A stretch of 64,000 nucleotides of DNA, from NCBI GenBank assembly GCA_964016885.1, contig CAXHJY010001379.1, forward strand, positions 26,812 to 90,811, written 5' to 3'. The DNA comes from Eledone cirrhosa. Lineage: Eukaryota. The notes under the pieces are model-generated. The model was not told the DNA's origin. It did no database searches and saw only the letters and a program-made list of their open reading frames with translations. A program made the translations under genes and the position numbers. Positions 58,190 through 64,000 of the stretch are shown here, in pieces. Each line of letters opens with the position of its first letter. The first letter of the stretch is position 1.

Positions 58190-58674
58190 TCTAACTGATT
58201 CAGAGTTTCAAATTGGTACACATTGTAGTGTGTTGTAAGAAGCGACTAAAAAGGTTTTTGTGTCAGTCAGGACACCTGTCTGTTAATAGTTGTCTCAAAA
58301 AGTCTAGTCCAGCCCATGCCACAGCATGAAAAAAAAATCGAAGAAAAACTATATGCATTACCAAGAGTGCAACATTAACGTGTAAGGAATAGCTACGCAT
58401 GGACTTTGAAAGAGAATGCTTGAGAAACCTAAGGCCTATATAGAGTGATGCAGGAAATGGATCGTTTTTCTTTTTGTTTCTGTTTTTTGCACGTTTGAAG
58501 ATCTTTAGCGATTGCTTTAACTCCGTGAGTGAGATATTTACAAATCGCCCTCACTTTGGGAATTTCTTACTTGACGCAGAATAGAATGAAAAGGATAGAT
58601 AGATGGCAAACCTGGAATAAAACACTAAAATTTTGTGCATTTTAAAGTATATATAAGACAAAGAAGACACCTAC

Positions 58675-58705
58675 CTAATAGGCAGATTGCTGCAAAGATG
58701 ATCAT
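58675..58705 (-). CDS. Exon 1 of secreted chitin-binding protein (MIIFAAICLL)
   Basis: Reverse complement reads aag ATG ATC ATC TTT GCA GCA ATC TGC CTA TTA G|gtaggt; phase 1 matches exon 2. Confidence 0.85.
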
Positions 58706-58845
58706 CTTGAGTTGATCCGTTCTTCTCTGGAACTGAAGCAGTAATGTGTTTGAGATAGAGAATTGTAGAGTATTCAGGCCTTCTGGTGGAATGTTCTGTC
58801 TTCTCGTTATCTAACTCTGCTAAGATTCACTCAAGTGTCCAGTTG

Positions 58846-58852
58846 TTTTATA
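58846..58852 (-). promoter_or_regulatory. TATA box of the CBM14 gene
   Basis: ggggcTATAAAAc on the minus strand, about 140 nt upstream of the ATG. Confidence 0.6.
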
Positions 58853-59268
58853 GCCCCTCGTCTATTTATTTATCTATCGAATGAACTTCTTTCTTTCTCT
58901 CTATCGATGAACTCCCTACCCTCCACCACCACACCACAACCATGTTTGCATATACCTACATATTTCCTTATATATTTAGCTTTGTGTGTGCATATATATA
59001 TATATATGTGTTTTTGTAGACATAGTGTAATAATGTACTTAGTAGAACCAGGAATACTAATAGAAAATCAACTTTATTTCTCACTCTCTCTCTCTGTATC
59101 TGTCGTTTTATTCGTATATCGACCTGTCTGTCTGTCTATCACACACCTTGTTGAATTATCTTTTTTCTTCCTCACTATCATTTAATTTTATTTTCACTTG
59201 TTCCTTATCAGAGAGATTATTTTTGCATAAATATAATACCACCCCACTCACAGACTCATACATATACA

Positions 59269-59397
59269 CAGGGTGGCCCAAAAGTCGCAATACATTTTTT
59301 TTTTTTTTAAATAATTGTTTTATTAGAAACAATTTATTAAAAATAAATAAATATGGAAACTTAATTTCCCATGTATTGCGACTTTTGGGTCACCCTG
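59269..59397. mobile_element. Tc1/mariner-like MITE upstream of the CBM14 gene
   Basis: cagggtggcccaaaagtcgcaatacat ... atgtattgcgacttttgggtcaccctg; 27-bp TIR with one mismatch. Confidence 0.8.
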
Positions 59398-59399
59398 TG

Positions 59400-59453
<54 letters not shown>

Positions 59454-59867
59454 TATATACACACCCTATATATACATACACACACAGTCCGCCCACTCCA
59501 CACGCACACAAAACCTCATGCACACATACACCCTATACGCTCCCACATATGCATTTATAGTATTTTTTTCTTCCGTGTTCCTTATTCAGCCAATGTCCTG
59601 GAAAATATTCCCCAACTAAATCAGTATAATGATGTAACGGCTATTAGCGACTCTTACAACAAAGACCAGCAGAGATTTAATTAGTCTGACGAGTAGATGA
59701 TACATATTTTGTTTAAACAATAACTTTGGTATTTAATGTCAGGTCAGTCGTTTGATCCAGCAGATAAAAGAGCAGAGACATTCCATTCATAGCCGTGAAT
59801 AGATGTGATGTGATGTGTGTGTGTATATATATATATGTGTGTATATATATATGTGTGTGTATGTATG

Positions 59868-59904
<37 letters not shown>

Positions 59905-60191
59905 TATTGTGTTTCTTTAGAAATACAAAATTTCTATACATATCTGCATACAGCTAAGCGTGAAGCTAAATCCTAATTATATGTATTTATACATATGAGT
60001 GGAGATGTGCTGTGCTGAAAACGACCCGTGCAGTCCCAGGCTAGTTAAGTTAGGCCCTGAAGGAGGTAAGCCTATACAGGCAGTCATCATAAAGATGGGG
60101 CCCCTGGGCAACGAGACCCTGTGTTGAAGCACACCTAAAGACAATGGTTAATCCGCCACTGATGTGTGTTTATAGGTATTATGTCTCTCTC

Positions 60192-64000
<3,809 letters not shown>

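Overview
AT-rich, microsatellite-dense animal genomic DNA. The SINE/LINE/MITE landscape suggests a coleoid cephalopod, probably Octopus (inference). Two protein-coding genes were reconstructed by hand from GT-AG boundaries with consistent phase. (1) On +, a 23-coding-exon EIF4ENIF1/4E-T gene (ATG 25213, TGA 54816; 4368-nt CDS, about 1455 aa). It carries the YxxxxLPhi eIF4E-binding motif, the Cup-homology/DDX6-binding block and the conserved C-terminal motif, plus large polyQ/His/Pro insertions. (2) On -, convergent with it, a two-exon gene (58705-57379, 250 aa) encoding a signal peptide, one 6-Cys peritrophin-A/CBM14 chitin-binding domain and an Asn/Gly/Pro tail with nine Trp; this is the best novelty candidate. 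Introns and flanks hold tRNA-like SINEs (some as close inverted pairs), RTE-like LINE remnants, two R4/Dong-like remnants ending in (TAA)n, several mariner-, hAT- and piggyBac-like MITEs, a long fold-back element and a 53-bp minisatellite. A TA/TG array of about 3.8 kb runs to the window end. Most ORFs in the supplied track are microsatellite or antisense artefacts.
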